Positions 39,810 to 48,734 of a stretch of 50,856 nucleotides of DNA are shown piece by piece. A program made the translations under genes and the position numbers. Position 1 is the stretch's first letter, and the number at the start of each line of letters is the position of its first letter. Source of the DNA: an uncultured Methanotrichaceae archaeon (GTDB taxonomy: Archaea; Halobacteriota; Methanosarcinia; Methanotrichales; Methanotrichaceae); NCBI GenBank assembly GCA_964418105.1, contig CAYQKI010000001.1:8892-59747 (forward strand). The letters are read 5' to 3'. Under the pieces are notes generated by a model. That model was given only the letters and a program-made list of their open reading frames with translations. It was not told the origin of the DNA and ran no database searches.

Positions 39810-41096
39810 TTACGCCCCCTTCCCGTGGCACTTCTTGTACTTCATGCCGCTGCCGCAGGGGCAGGGGTCGTTTCTGCCCGGCTTGAAGACCACCTGGGGG
39901 ATCTGGCCGTCTTTGGTGTACTTCATGATGCCCGCCGCGGGCCTGCCCTGGCGCAGCTCCTGGGCCATGAAGCGCATGGGGCCATCGATGTGCTGAAAGA
40001 ACATCTTATAGCCGGCGCAGAGGTAATTGAGCCCCGGTTCTCGGTCAGGGGTTTTGATGAATCTGTTCTTGGGGCATTCGCCATTGCAAGCGAATTTCAC
40101 TTCGCAGCGGCGGCAATATCCCGGCAGGCCGTCCAGCTTGTCCCTGCCGAACTTCCTCTGCTTTGCCGAGCCGGCCAGCAGGGCCATATCCCTCTCCAAT
40201 ATGTTGCCCAAAAGGTACTTCGGCTCAACGAAGTGGTCGCAGGAGTACATGTCCCCGTTATGCTCCATGGCCATGGCCGTGCCGCAGGTCTCGGAGAAGG
40301 CGCAGATCGACGGAGGCGCTCCCGCCCAGGCGGCGAGGGCCACATCGAATATCTGGACGAACATCTTTCCCACGTCCCGGCGCACCCATTCGTTGAATAC
40401 TGATATCAGGAACCGGCCGTACTGCTCGGCATTGACGGAGCGGTCTGTAACGCGATCGCCCTCCTGAAATCCGGTGTCGTTGTCCCTCTCCACAATGGGT
40501 ATGAACTGGATGAAATCGGCTTTCACCTCATCTCTGATGAATCGGTAGACCTCCAGGGGGTGGTCGCCGTTGGCGGCATGAACTGTGGTCAGGATGTTGT
40601 AGTCGACCTTATGCCGGCGCAGCAGCCGGGCGGCCTTCATCACCCGGTCAAATGTGGGCTTTCCCATCCTGTCCACCCGGTAGGCGTCATGCAGCTCCTC
40701 CGGACCGTCAAGGGACAGGCCGATCAGGAAGTTGTTGTCATGGAAGAACTCGCACCATTCGTCGTCCAGCAGTGTGCCGTTGGTCTGCATGGTGTTCTGG
40801 AGGATCATATTGGGCCGTCTGTACTTCTGCTCAATCTGAATTGACTTTTTGAAGAATTCAAGCCCCATCAGAGTCGGCTCTCCGCCCTGCCAGGCGATCG
40901 TGGCCAGCGGAGCCTTCTGAGCCTGGATGTACTGGCGGATGTACTCTTCCAAAAGCTCATCGGACATCCTGAAGCTGCTGCCGGGGTAGAGGCTCTTCTT
41001 GGATAAAAAAAAGCAGTACTTGCAGCCCAAATTGCATGCCGCTCCCGTGGGCTTGGCCAGGAGGTGAAAGCCGGGAAGTAGGCTGGTCTTGCTCAT
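39810..41096 (-). CDS. Anaerobic sulfatase maturase with C-terminal SEC-C motif
   Basis: AKPTGAACNLGCKYC, WQGGEPTL, YSCDHFV, CNGECPKNR, terminal GRNDPCPCGSGMKYKKCHG. Confidence 0.95.
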   Translation of the reverse strand: MSKTSLLPGFHLLAKPTGAACNLGCKYCFFLSKKSLYPGSSFRMSDELLEEYIRQYIQAQKAPLATIAWQGGEPTLMGLEFFKKSIQIEQKYRRPNMILQNTMQTNGTLLDDEWCEFFHDNNFLIGLSLDGPEELHDAYRVDRMGKPTFDRVMKAARLLRRHKVDYNILTTVHAANGDHPLEVYRFIRDEVKADFIQFIPIVERDNDTGFQEGDRVTDRSVNAEQYGRFLISVFNEWVRRDVGKMFVQIFDVALAAWAGAPPSICAFSETCGTAMAMEHNGDMYSCDHFVEPKYLLGNILERDMALLAGSAKQRKFGRDKLDGLPGYCRRCEVKFACNGECPKNRFIKTPDREPGLNYLCAGYKMFFQHIDGPMRFMAQELRQGRPAAGIMKYTKDGQIPQVVFKPGRNDPCPCGSGMKYKKCHGKGA

Positions 41097-41247
41097 TGAG
41101 GGGCAATTATTTCCTGAAAGTTCATTAACCTTTGGCTCTGCGCCAGTTCCTGGCCAGTTCAGAGTGCTGGAGATCGAATTCAAATATCGCCGGCAAAGGC
41201 CATCTCATCCAACAGATTTATTTCCCTGATTTTCTCATCACTCACTT

Positions 41248-41826
41248 ATGCTGGAAAGGCTGAAAAGATCGCTGCTGGAAGCTCCTGTCTTTAAGAGGGG
41301 CGAGTACAACTATTTCATTCATCCCATCACAGATGGAGTCCCGGAGATCAGGGCGGACCTGCTGAGGGAGGTCGCAGCCCAGATTGTACGCATGGCCGAT
41401 TTGGAGGCTGACAAGATTGTAACGGTTGAATCCATGGGAATTCCCATAGGCACAGCCCTCTCTCTGATCAGCGACATTCCGCTGGTGATAATCAGAAAGC
41501 GCAAGTACGGCATGCCCGGAGAGGTCGAGGTCAGCCAGGTGACGGGCTACTCCAGGTCCCAGCTCTTCCTTAACGGCATAAAAAAGGGAGACCGGGTGGT
41601 CATTGTCGATGATGTTATCAGCACAGGCGGAACTCTCCTGGCGGTATTGAAATCCCTGGAGGTCGCCGGGGCCTCCGTCAAGGACATAGTCGTGGTAGTC
41701 AAAAGGGGAGAGGGAGTGCAGAGGCTGAGGTCGGAGGGCTACTCCGTCAAGACCATGGTCGATGTGGAAGTGGATGAGAAGAGAGTAACTGAGGTCAGAG
41801 AATCGGATAACACGAGTATAAATTAA
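41248..41826 (+). CDS. hpt: Archaeal hypoxanthine/guanine phosphoribosyltransferase
   Basis: Y.YFIHPITDGVP, IRKRKYG, VIVDDVISTGGT PRPP loop. Confidence 0.9.
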   Translation: MLERLKRSLLEAPVFKRGEYNYFIHPITDGVPEIRADLLREVAAQIVRMADLEADKIVTVESMGIPIGTALSLISDIPLVIIRKRKYGMPGEVEVSQVTGYSRSQLFLNGIKKGDRVVIVDDVISTGGTLLAVLKSLEVAGASVKDIVVVVKRGEGVQRLRSEGYSVKTMVDVEVDEKRVTEVRESDNTSIN

Positions 41827-41872
41827 ATATTAAAGCTGACAGAGAGAAGAGCAAAGCAAGGCAGGTCTCTGG

Positions 41873-42196
41873 ATGAAGGATAATGAGAGATGTCAGGGTG
41901 GAGGCGGATGCTGCGACAGCCCGGAAAAGCATAACGGAGATGATGCTAATGCTGCGACGCCGGGCCTGGAAAAAGACCTGCTCTCTGAGACCCTGAAGTG
42001 GCAGGGAAAGGCTGAGGACCTCTTCGCAACAGTATGCGGCGACGGTCAGTTTCTGGAGAACATCTCCGCCTACATAGCCGATAGCCGTTATTTTCTGGAG
42101 AAGAATGACCTCATCCGGGCCTTTGAGGCGGTCATCTGGGCCTGGGCCTGGATGGAGATTGGCCTGTTAAAGGGGATTCTCCAGGAACGGAAATGA
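41873..42196 (+). CDS. DUF357 domain protein
   Basis: ENISAYIADSRYFLEKNDLIRAFEAVIWAWAW.E.G. Confidence 0.85.
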   Translation: MKDNERCQGGGGCCDSPEKHNGDDANAATPGLEKDLLSETLKWQGKAEDLFATVCGDGQFLENISAYIADSRYFLEKNDLIRAFEAVIWAWAWMEIGLLKGILQERK

Positions 42197-42320
42197 CGGC
42201 CTGATTCGATTGAAAGATGAAAATGAAAGATGTGCGCTTAGCAGAGAATAGTAACCAATGGTTAGTATTATATACTTAGACCTGCTTCTCCCAATGGCTT
42301 TCTATTTTAATGAAAGCAGG

Positions 42321-42830
42321 ATGCAAATGATAATCGACTACAAGTCCCGGTTGGAAGAGGCAAAGAGCCTGCCGGATATCTTTGAGGTTGTCAAATCGCT
42401 TGTACTGAGGAGCACCGGCAAGAGCCGGGGAGGCCTGATGCTGGGCATGGCCAACCTGGGAAACAATCCCCAGGGCTTCTTGGGAGGCTTCTTTACCACC
42501 GGCTCCAATGTCATAGTCCTCAACAAGGTGCCTTTGCAGAGGATCAGGGAGACTCAGCCGGAGCTGTACAAGCCCTATGTCTTTCACGTCCTGCTACACG
42601 AATACATCCACTCCCTGGGCTGTCTGGACGAAAACGAGGTGCGGGTCAGAGTGCTGCAGATCACCAGGCAGGCGCTGGGCGAGGAGCATCCCGCTACACG
42701 GCTGGCAGAGAATGCAGGAGACTTCATCAAGCACCTGGCCTATCCCGATGTCATCTGGAAGCCGGAGGATGAGGGGCTGGAGCTGGTGGACGGCTTTGAC
42801 CGGTCCAGCAGCCTGCCTTACATCGGATAG
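42321..42830 (+). CDS. Hypothetical protein with HExxH (zincin-like) motif
   Basis: VLLHEYIHSLG; start uncertain (42258-42327). Confidence 0.7.
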   Translation: MQMIIDYKSRLEEAKSLPDIFEVVKSLVLRSTGKSRGGLMLGMANLGNNPQGFLGGFFTTGSNVIVLNKVPLQRIRETQPELYKPYVFHVLLHEYIHSLGCLDENEVRVRVLQITRQALGEEHPATRLAENAGDFIKHLAYPDVIWKPEDEGLELVDGFDRSSSLPYIG

Positions 42831-43447
42831 AGTGGCAGGGCAGTGAAATGAATATTAAGGTATAAATTAAAAAATATGGCGGCTGTGAGGGGTATGGAGA
42901 GATTGTCGTCTACCGGCAGGGGCAGGCTCTCCACGACAGTTGTCAGAGCGGCCAGGGCTACACCCTGCCAGCCCAGCAGCAGAACGGCGGGCAGCGAGAA
43001 TAGGAAGAATGCCACCGAGCCCTCCAGGGTCTTCTCCTGATTGTAGATGTGCCTGTGCCTCTGCCTGCCTGCTGCCAGGCCGAAGATGGTGGCCGCGGCG
43101 TCGCCCAGCGCCAGGATTAAAATTGCCGATGCTATCTGATTCGTGCCGGCAGTAAAGAGGGCCAGTAGCAGAGAGCCCACAATGTACCAGAAGGCCCCGT
43201 AGCCCGGAAATCTCACATTCTTCCTCTCAAATCTGTCCACCATCCAGGAGGCAACGGGAATCCTCAAGCCCCTGTGCATGGCAATGATAATAACTGATCC
43301 AAAGAGCAGGAAGATGGTTAAAAAATCAATCAGAACATCTCTGCCAAAATAATATAAAATAAATATAAAAATAAGACCGATAAAAATATGACTGACCTTT
43401 CTTCCCAGCTCAAAACGTAGCCCCGTGCTATTCTCATCATCGATCAT
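42818..43447 (-). CDS. Dolichol/phytol/diacylglycerol kinase family (CTP-dependent polyprenol kinase)
   Basis: RKVSH, LALGDAAATIFG, KTLEGS, DDNL.IP. Confidence 0.88.
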   Translation of the reverse strand: MIDDENSTGLRFELGRKVSHIFIGLIFIFILYYFGRDVLIDFLTIFLLFGSVIIIAMHRGLRIPVASWMVDRFERKNVRFPGYGAFWYIVGSLLLALFTAGTNQIASAILILALGDAAATIFGLAAGRQRHRHIYNQEKTLEGSVAFFLFSLPAVLLLGWQGVALAALTTVVESLPLPVDDNLSIPLTAAIFFNLYLNIHFTALPLYPM

Positions 43448-43459
43448 AAGTTGATGAGC

Positions 43460-45046
43460 TTATTTCATCCCTCCCTTCCACTTCCTGATCTCTTCTGCCG
43501 CTGCATCCCTTCCGCCAAGGCCGAATGCCAGGGCCACAGCCACGGCGATGGCTCCCAGGAGCAGTCCGAAGGCCATGTTGATGATCTCATTGGCCAGGCC
43601 CATCTGCCGCAGAGCCATAGCTGACGCAAATACCAGAATGGCAATCCTGGCAGCCTGAGCCGGCAGCTTTGATGAACTCATGCCGCTGGAGAGCACGGCA
43701 TTGAAGGCCAGATTGCCCAGGTAAATGCCGATGGCCAGTATGATCAGGCCCATGAGCACGTGTCCGGCAAAGACGGTGAACTCAAAGATTATGTCCGCCA
43801 GCATGGACATCTGCAGCATATTGGCGGCCTCAATCAGGGCGAAGAGCATTATAGCCGCAATTATGATCAATCCCACGATCTGCGAGGGAGTCCTCTTTCC
43901 TCCTCCGGCGGCTGGGGAGGTAGTCGATCCCGGCTCACCTGCTCCGCCTTCACCACCTGCACCACCTGCCAGACCTGCCAGACCTGCACCTTCTCCTGCC
44001 CGGCACAGGCCCAGGCGCTCCCAGATGCCGTCAAATCCCATCCCTTCCAGCAGATTAGCCGCCAGCTCCGATATGATCTTTCCCAGAACATATGCCACTG
44101 CTAAAACTGCGGCTGCTGCGAAGAGATTGGGGAGTATGGCCAGCATCCTGGCCAGCATGGCCGAGACGGGAGCCGTTATGGCATCTATGGCCAGGGCCTG
44201 CAGAGCTGCGATCAGCACGGGTATGAGGATCAGAATGTAGACCACAAGGCCGATGAGTCCGGCCAGGCCGGCCTTGCCCAGCACCTTATCCAGGCCGACC
44301 TTCTGGCTGAGCCTCTCGCTTCCCATGGCAGCGAGAAGGTTGGTGACTATCTTCTGCAGAATTCTGGCCAGCAGCCAGCCGATGATGAGGATAATGGCAG
44401 CGGCGAGCAGGTTGGGCAAAAATCCCAGCATCTTGGCAATCATCAACTGCAATGGCTCCAGCAGACCTCCCAGGGCCAGGGCGTTAAGTATCATGGGCAG
44501 GAAGAGGAGCAGCACCAGGAAGAAGACAATCTCTGCTATGGTCTGGCTCAGAGGCATATCGGCTTTGCCGAGGCCTGCTTTGCTGCCCAGGCTCTCATCC
44601 ACCTTCGCTGACTGCAGGACTCTCAAAACCACCTTCTTGAGCACCACGGCAATTATCCAGGCGATTATGGCCAGCACCAGGGCGGCAAAGAGCTTGGGAA
44701 TGTAGGCGAATACGATATTGAGCAATTGATTGAACGGCCCGGCGACGAGTGTCAGCCCCAGCACCTGGAAGAAGGCCACAAAGACAAAGAACAGCAGCAC
44801 ATAGTAGACTATCTTGGTGATCCACTTCTGCGGCTGCATGCTCCTGGCCTTTTCTGCCCCAAGAACCTTTCCGGCAATCTTTTCATCGAGGTCGGTCTTG
44901 TGCAGCGCCTTGCCGACGATCGATGATACAATCAGAGCTATCAGCCATCCTATAATTAAAACTGCAAACGCCCCAATGAGATTGGGGCCGAATGCTCCAA
45001 ACGAATAAAAAATCTGATCCACAAACGGCATAAATACCATCTCCAC
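43460..45046 (-). CDS. TM-helix-repeat mechanosensitive channel-like protein (CmpX family)
   Basis: Repeated LPNL.AA.IIL.IGW units; terminal ALAFGLGGRD. Confidence 0.85.
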   Translation of the reverse strand: MEMVFMPFVDQIFYSFGAFGPNLIGAFAVLIIGWLIALIVSSIVGKALHKTDLDEKIAGKVLGAEKARSMQPQKWITKIVYYVLLFFVFVAFFQVLGLTLVAGPFNQLLNIVFAYIPKLFAALVLAIIAWIIAVVLKKVVLRVLQSAKVDESLGSKAGLGKADMPLSQTIAEIVFFLVLLLFLPMILNALALGGLLEPLQLMIAKMLGFLPNLLAAAIILIIGWLLARILQKIVTNLLAAMGSERLSQKVGLDKVLGKAGLAGLIGLVVYILILIPVLIAALQALAIDAITAPVSAMLARMLAILPNLFAAAAVLAVAYVLGKIISELAANLLEGMGFDGIWERLGLCRAGEGAGLAGLAGGAGGEGGAGEPGSTTSPAAGGGKRTPSQIVGLIIIAAIMLFALIEAANMLQMSMLADIIFEFTVFAGHVLMGLIILAIGIYLGNLAFNAVLSSGMSSSKLPAQAARIAILVFASAMALRQMGLANEIINMAFGLLLGAIAVAVALAFGLGGRDAAAEEIRKWKGGMK

Positions 45047-45112
45047 TCATCTCCTCATAACTAACGTGCTATTATCATATTTAAAGATTATGTATAGAGT
45101 AAAAAAAATATT

Positions 45113-47407
45113 TTATTTTAAGTTCTTAAGCAGACTCCTCCTCTCATGTGCTCCCAGGTCCACCCCTAACAGATAGGCCAGGGCATGGACCGTCATGGTA
45201 TTGAGCGTCCAGGTCAGAGCGAAGAAGACTGCCAGCGTCTCATGGTATGGATAGATCCACAGGCCGGCCAGTGAGCCTATCAGTTCCATGCAGCCTCCTG
45301 CAAAGAGGGCTACAATGAGGAGAGTGGCATTCCATTCAATAGAATGCCGTGAGGAGTAGATCATGCCCAGGACTGCCATGACGGCGTACATGATCAAAAC
45401 AATGCCCTCAATCCCATTGTATCTGCTCTGGTAGGCCAGGCTGTAATATTTCTCCCAGTAGAAGAAGAGACCGAATACCACCAGGATAACAGCCAGGGGA
45501 ACGACCTTCCAGCTTCGCAGCCTGGCAAATATGCCGAGGTTTGTGATCCATCCGCAGAGCAGATCGGAGGCCTGGAGGATGGAGAGCATCATCACCATCC
45601 AGCCGCATGCGATATAGATAAAGGAACCCTCAAGACTCAACGCGCTGCCACTGATTATGCTGCCACTGTAATTGTAGGTGAGCATATTTGCCGTGACAGA
45701 GAGATCGGGACTGGAATGGGTGTTTATAAATTCGACGGCGATGCCCGTCAGCCCGGATATGGCCAGAAGCGCCGCAAAGTGAGTGGTCTTCATCCTGGCG
45801 GCGGCTATGAAACCCAGGGCAATGCCGCCCAGCATGCTCAGCTCATAGATAAGAGAGGAGCGGGCGATATAGCCGTTGAGGTAATAGCCGACGGCGCAGC
45901 CTAAAGCCACCAGCACCATCAGGTTGATATTGATCACCCGGCGGGCTACATCCTGGTAAGTGCTCTTGTTTCCATTGATGATAGGGCGGAAGGCGTCCTG
46001 AATGAGGGATAAAGCGGCGGGCATGAGGTTCTTTAAGACCGGCAGGCGGGACAGGTCGTAGAGCAGAAAGTCTGCGCCTATATTGAAGAGGGTTTCCCAG
46101 CCGGGAAACATGAGCACGACCTCGATCGCCCATTCGTAGAAGTTTTTCACATCGACATCCGGCTTCTCCCAGTTCCTGTCTTTGAAATGCTCGGGCAGGC
46201 CGCTCAAATCCAACTGGACCGATGCGTCGCCAAGGCCCGCATCATATGCCTTTCTGATATGCTCGATGTCCATGGGGCTGTAGCCTATCATCTGGCAGGC
46301 TACGGAGTCGGCCTGGACCACATCATCGGAGGCGATGATGGTCTGGTAGTTGAGAGGCCGGGCGGACAGGGGGCCGACGGCTTCGCCGCCGATGGTTCCG
46401 TCGATGATGATAAGGTTGGGGGAAAAAGCGGAGTTGATCTCGAATATGACATCTTCGATGCTCTTTTTATGGAATTTGGCCTTGTCGATATCCGGGAACG
46501 TGCCGTACATATTCTTCATGGCCAGGGTGACGCCGGTGAGAAGGTGGGTCTTCATGACGGGAACGGATATGATCACATCGGCCTGTATGGCCAGCAGGGA
46601 GACCTTTTCCGTTTCCAGTTTGCTTTTTGGACCGAAGTCGAAGTTGACCACGGGGCTCTCGGAGAGGTTGGCCAACTGCACGCCCTTCTCCTGGGCCCAT
46701 TTGACATATCCTGAGTCCCTGGCTGCCAGCCAGAATTTTGTCCAGACCATATCAGCATCAGCGAATGTGGGGATGCCTCCGGCACCGACTATCAGTTGGC
46801 GCAGCTCTTCTGCCACCTCGAGGCTGGTAAACGTGCTCTTATTCTCAGGCACTCCTCCGCAGATGTTGACCTTGACCAGGACCCGGTCTCCAGGCTTTAC
46901 GAATTTATCGATTCCTCCCAGCTCTCCGATGGCCATTCTCAGGCATTTTCCGGGATCCTGGTCACGGGCGACTACTGTATGAGAGTCGAATCTGCTCTGC
47001 CTTACCACCCTGCGGCTTTTGCTCTTGACATCGTCATAGGAGTAGATCCTGCCTTTTTCCGGGGCATACTTTCTCTTATCCCAGAGCAGGGCAGCGGCGT
47101 AGCCGGTCAATAGCCAGATGGGATAGAGCAGGAAGAAGAAGAACACTGCTATTTTTGGAATCTGTTCTTTGTGGATATGAGTTATATTGGTGTGGAACAT
47201 GAAAGCCGATCCGGTTTGTTTTTCGAAGAAAGGAATGGTGAAGTACACAAGGTCTGCATAGAGGAGGGAGCTGTAGGCAATGAATATCAGGACGATGAAG
47301 AGGCCCACCACTATCTTTGCGTGTCTGCTCCATTGAAGCTCCCTTCCCAAAAGGAAGATGGCCAGTCCGGAAAGGACGAGGAGCGGCGGATCTATGAGAA
47401 AGCTCAT
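45113..47407 (-). CDS. DUF362 domain protein fused to N- and C-terminal membrane domains
   Basis: GGIDKFVKPGDRVLVKVN, ADVIISVPVMKTH..TGVTLAMKNMYG, IIDG..G.EAVGP, ASDD.V.AD; hydrophobic termini. Confidence 0.85.
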   Translation of the reverse strand: MSFLIDPPLLVLSGLAIFLLGRELQWSRHAKIVVGLFIVLIFIAYSSLLYADLVYFTIPFFEKQTGSAFMFHTNITHIHKEQIPKIAVFFFFLLYPIWLLTGYAAALLWDKRKYAPEKGRIYSYDDVKSKSRRVVRQSRFDSHTVVARDQDPGKCLRMAIGELGGIDKFVKPGDRVLVKVNICGGVPENKSTFTSLEVAEELRQLIVGAGGIPTFADADMVWTKFWLAARDSGYVKWAQEKGVQLANLSESPVVNFDFGPKSKLETEKVSLLAIQADVIISVPVMKTHLLTGVTLAMKNMYGTFPDIDKAKFHKKSIEDVIFEINSAFSPNLIIIDGTIGGEAVGPLSARPLNYQTIIASDDVVQADSVACQMIGYSPMDIEHIRKAYDAGLGDASVQLDLSGLPEHFKDRNWEKPDVDVKNFYEWAIEVVLMFPGWETLFNIGADFLLYDLSRLPVLKNLMPAALSLIQDAFRPIINGNKSTYQDVARRVININLMVLVALGCAVGYYLNGYIARSSLIYELSMLGGIALGFIAAARMKTTHFAALLAISGLTGIAVEFINTHSSPDLSVTANMLTYNYSGSIISGSALSLEGSFIYIACGWMVMMLSILQASDLLCGWITNLGIFARLRSWKVVPLAVILVVFGLFFYWEKYYSLAYQSRYNGIEGIVLIMYAVMAVLGMIYSSRHSIEWNATLLIVALFAGGCMELIGSLAGLWIYPYHETLAVFFALTWTLNTMTVHALAYLLGVDLGAHERRSLLKNLK

Positions 47408-48489
47408 TGTCGTGCCTCATTTTTTGTGGATATTCGCCGGAGGAGGCAGGGCAGGCTCAATTCGCTCTTTTCTTTTCTGCCAGCCTGGCCGGGTCCGGGC
47501 ATGATGAATTCCCTGAAATCCTGGAGGGCCTGGAAGAACTGATGGCCGGGCTGACCCAGCACATCCACCAGACTCACCAGGCCCACCAGCAGGTCTCTGT
47601 TAACCAGGCGGATGGCATTTTGGGCGGCCTGGGCAGGGAGGTCAAGGCTCAAGAGAGCGCCCTCGCCGAATGAGACGGATTTTCCGGCGAGGCTCAATTT
47701 TCCGCCCTGGATGAATTCGGCTTTGAGGCCGGTTTTGCCTGCCTTGCCGGCTGCTGCGCTGACGGTTGAGCGACTGCTGGCGGCATCTCCCTCAGAGAAT
47801 CTGAATCGAAGGATGGGTGGAGAGAGGGCGGCGTCTGAGACGAGCAGCAGATCCCAGTCTCCCAGGATCTCCTCTGGCTCTGGCTGCGCTGCTTTGTGGT
47901 GGAAGATGAAGCTGCAGTCAGCCTGGGTCATAAAGTCCAGGGAGTAGCGGCGGGAGAGGACGAAGTGAAAAATGGGCAGCCCTTTGCCCGGCTTTCTCAG
48001 GGAGACGAATGCCTCACCAATAGCCGTGTCTCTGTCTATGATCTTGATTACGTCGTCAAAGCTGTTGAAGGGAAAGTCACGATATTTGATGTATACTGCC
48101 TTGCCGGTTTCAGCAAGCTCGACATCGAGGGCCTGGTTGGAGGCGTGGATGTCGGAGAGGAAGGGGTGGGTCTCGCCCAGGATCTTCTTGCCTTTGGACT
48201 GATCTTTGTCCGGCCAGAATCTCTTGAAGAAGCCCAGGCCGTACATCAGGACCAGGTTGGTAAAGTCGTAATCGGCGGGGTAAAAGCCCTTCCAGTAGCG
48301 GTCGTTCCAGATGGTCTGGGTGTCGGGGTCGAAGGACCAGTTGCTGCCGTCTATGATCTCCATCTGGGGGGAGTTGATCAGGTTTTCTGCGGGAAGGATG
48401 CTCTTGCTCTTTCTGTACAGCCTGGCCAGATCTTCTTTTCGGCAGTGCATGGGCTGCTCAGGGGTGCAGGGGCGGGAGGGGGGACTCAT
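47404..48489 (-). CDS. Hypothetical protein, translationally coupled to the DUF362 fusion
   Basis: 361-aa aromatic-rich ORF; ATGA overlap at 47404-47407. Confidence 0.75.
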   Translation of the reverse strand: MSPPSRPCTPEQPMHCRKEDLARLYRKSKSILPAENLINSPQMEIIDGSNWSFDPDTQTIWNDRYWKGFYPADYDFTNLVLMYGLGFFKRFWPDKDQSKGKKILGETHPFLSDIHASNQALDVELAETGKAVYIKYRDFPFNSFDDVIKIIDRDTAIGEAFVSLRKPGKGLPIFHFVLSRRYSLDFMTQADCSFIFHHKAAQPEPEEILGDWDLLLVSDAALSPPILRFRFSEGDAASSRSTVSAAAGKAGKTGLKAEFIQGGKLSLAGKSVSFGEGALLSLDLPAQAAQNAIRLVNRDLLVGLVSLVDVLGQPGHQFFQALQDFREFIMPGPGQAGRKEKSELSLPCLLRRISTKNEARQ

Positions 48490-48673
48490 AGTAATAATAA
48501 TGATGGTTATAGATATTTAGATATTTTGGGGAGGACTAATGGGGCTTGGTGGACGCTGGTTGATCGGAAATATTTTACGAACGGCAAACGAGAACTAACA
48601 AAGGTTCGATCTCTGATTGCGCACATAAAAATGGAAAAACAGAGAAAGAATCTGATTATTTCAGCGAGCTGAC

Positions 48674-48688
48674 AAAAAGCTTAAGCCT
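48674..48688 (+). promoter_or_regulatory. Putative BRE/TATA promoter for cas1-cas2-cas4
   Basis: caaaaagcttaag about 50 bp upstream of the cas1 GTG, which has a gaggt SD. Confidence 0.35.
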
Positions 48689-48734
48689 AGAAGTCTCAAT
48701 TGCTTCAGTCGGAAAGACTCTATGAGGTAGTGCT

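Noticed and set aside
5896-41096. Accessory region as a single integrative element or provirus
   Set aside because: No integrase, transposase, tRNA target, terminal direct repeats or viral genes were seen; mixed composition suggests piecemeal accretion
48490-48734. CRISPR array or leader upstream of cas1
   Set aside because: No repeated 25-40 bp unit was seen here or anywhere else in the window
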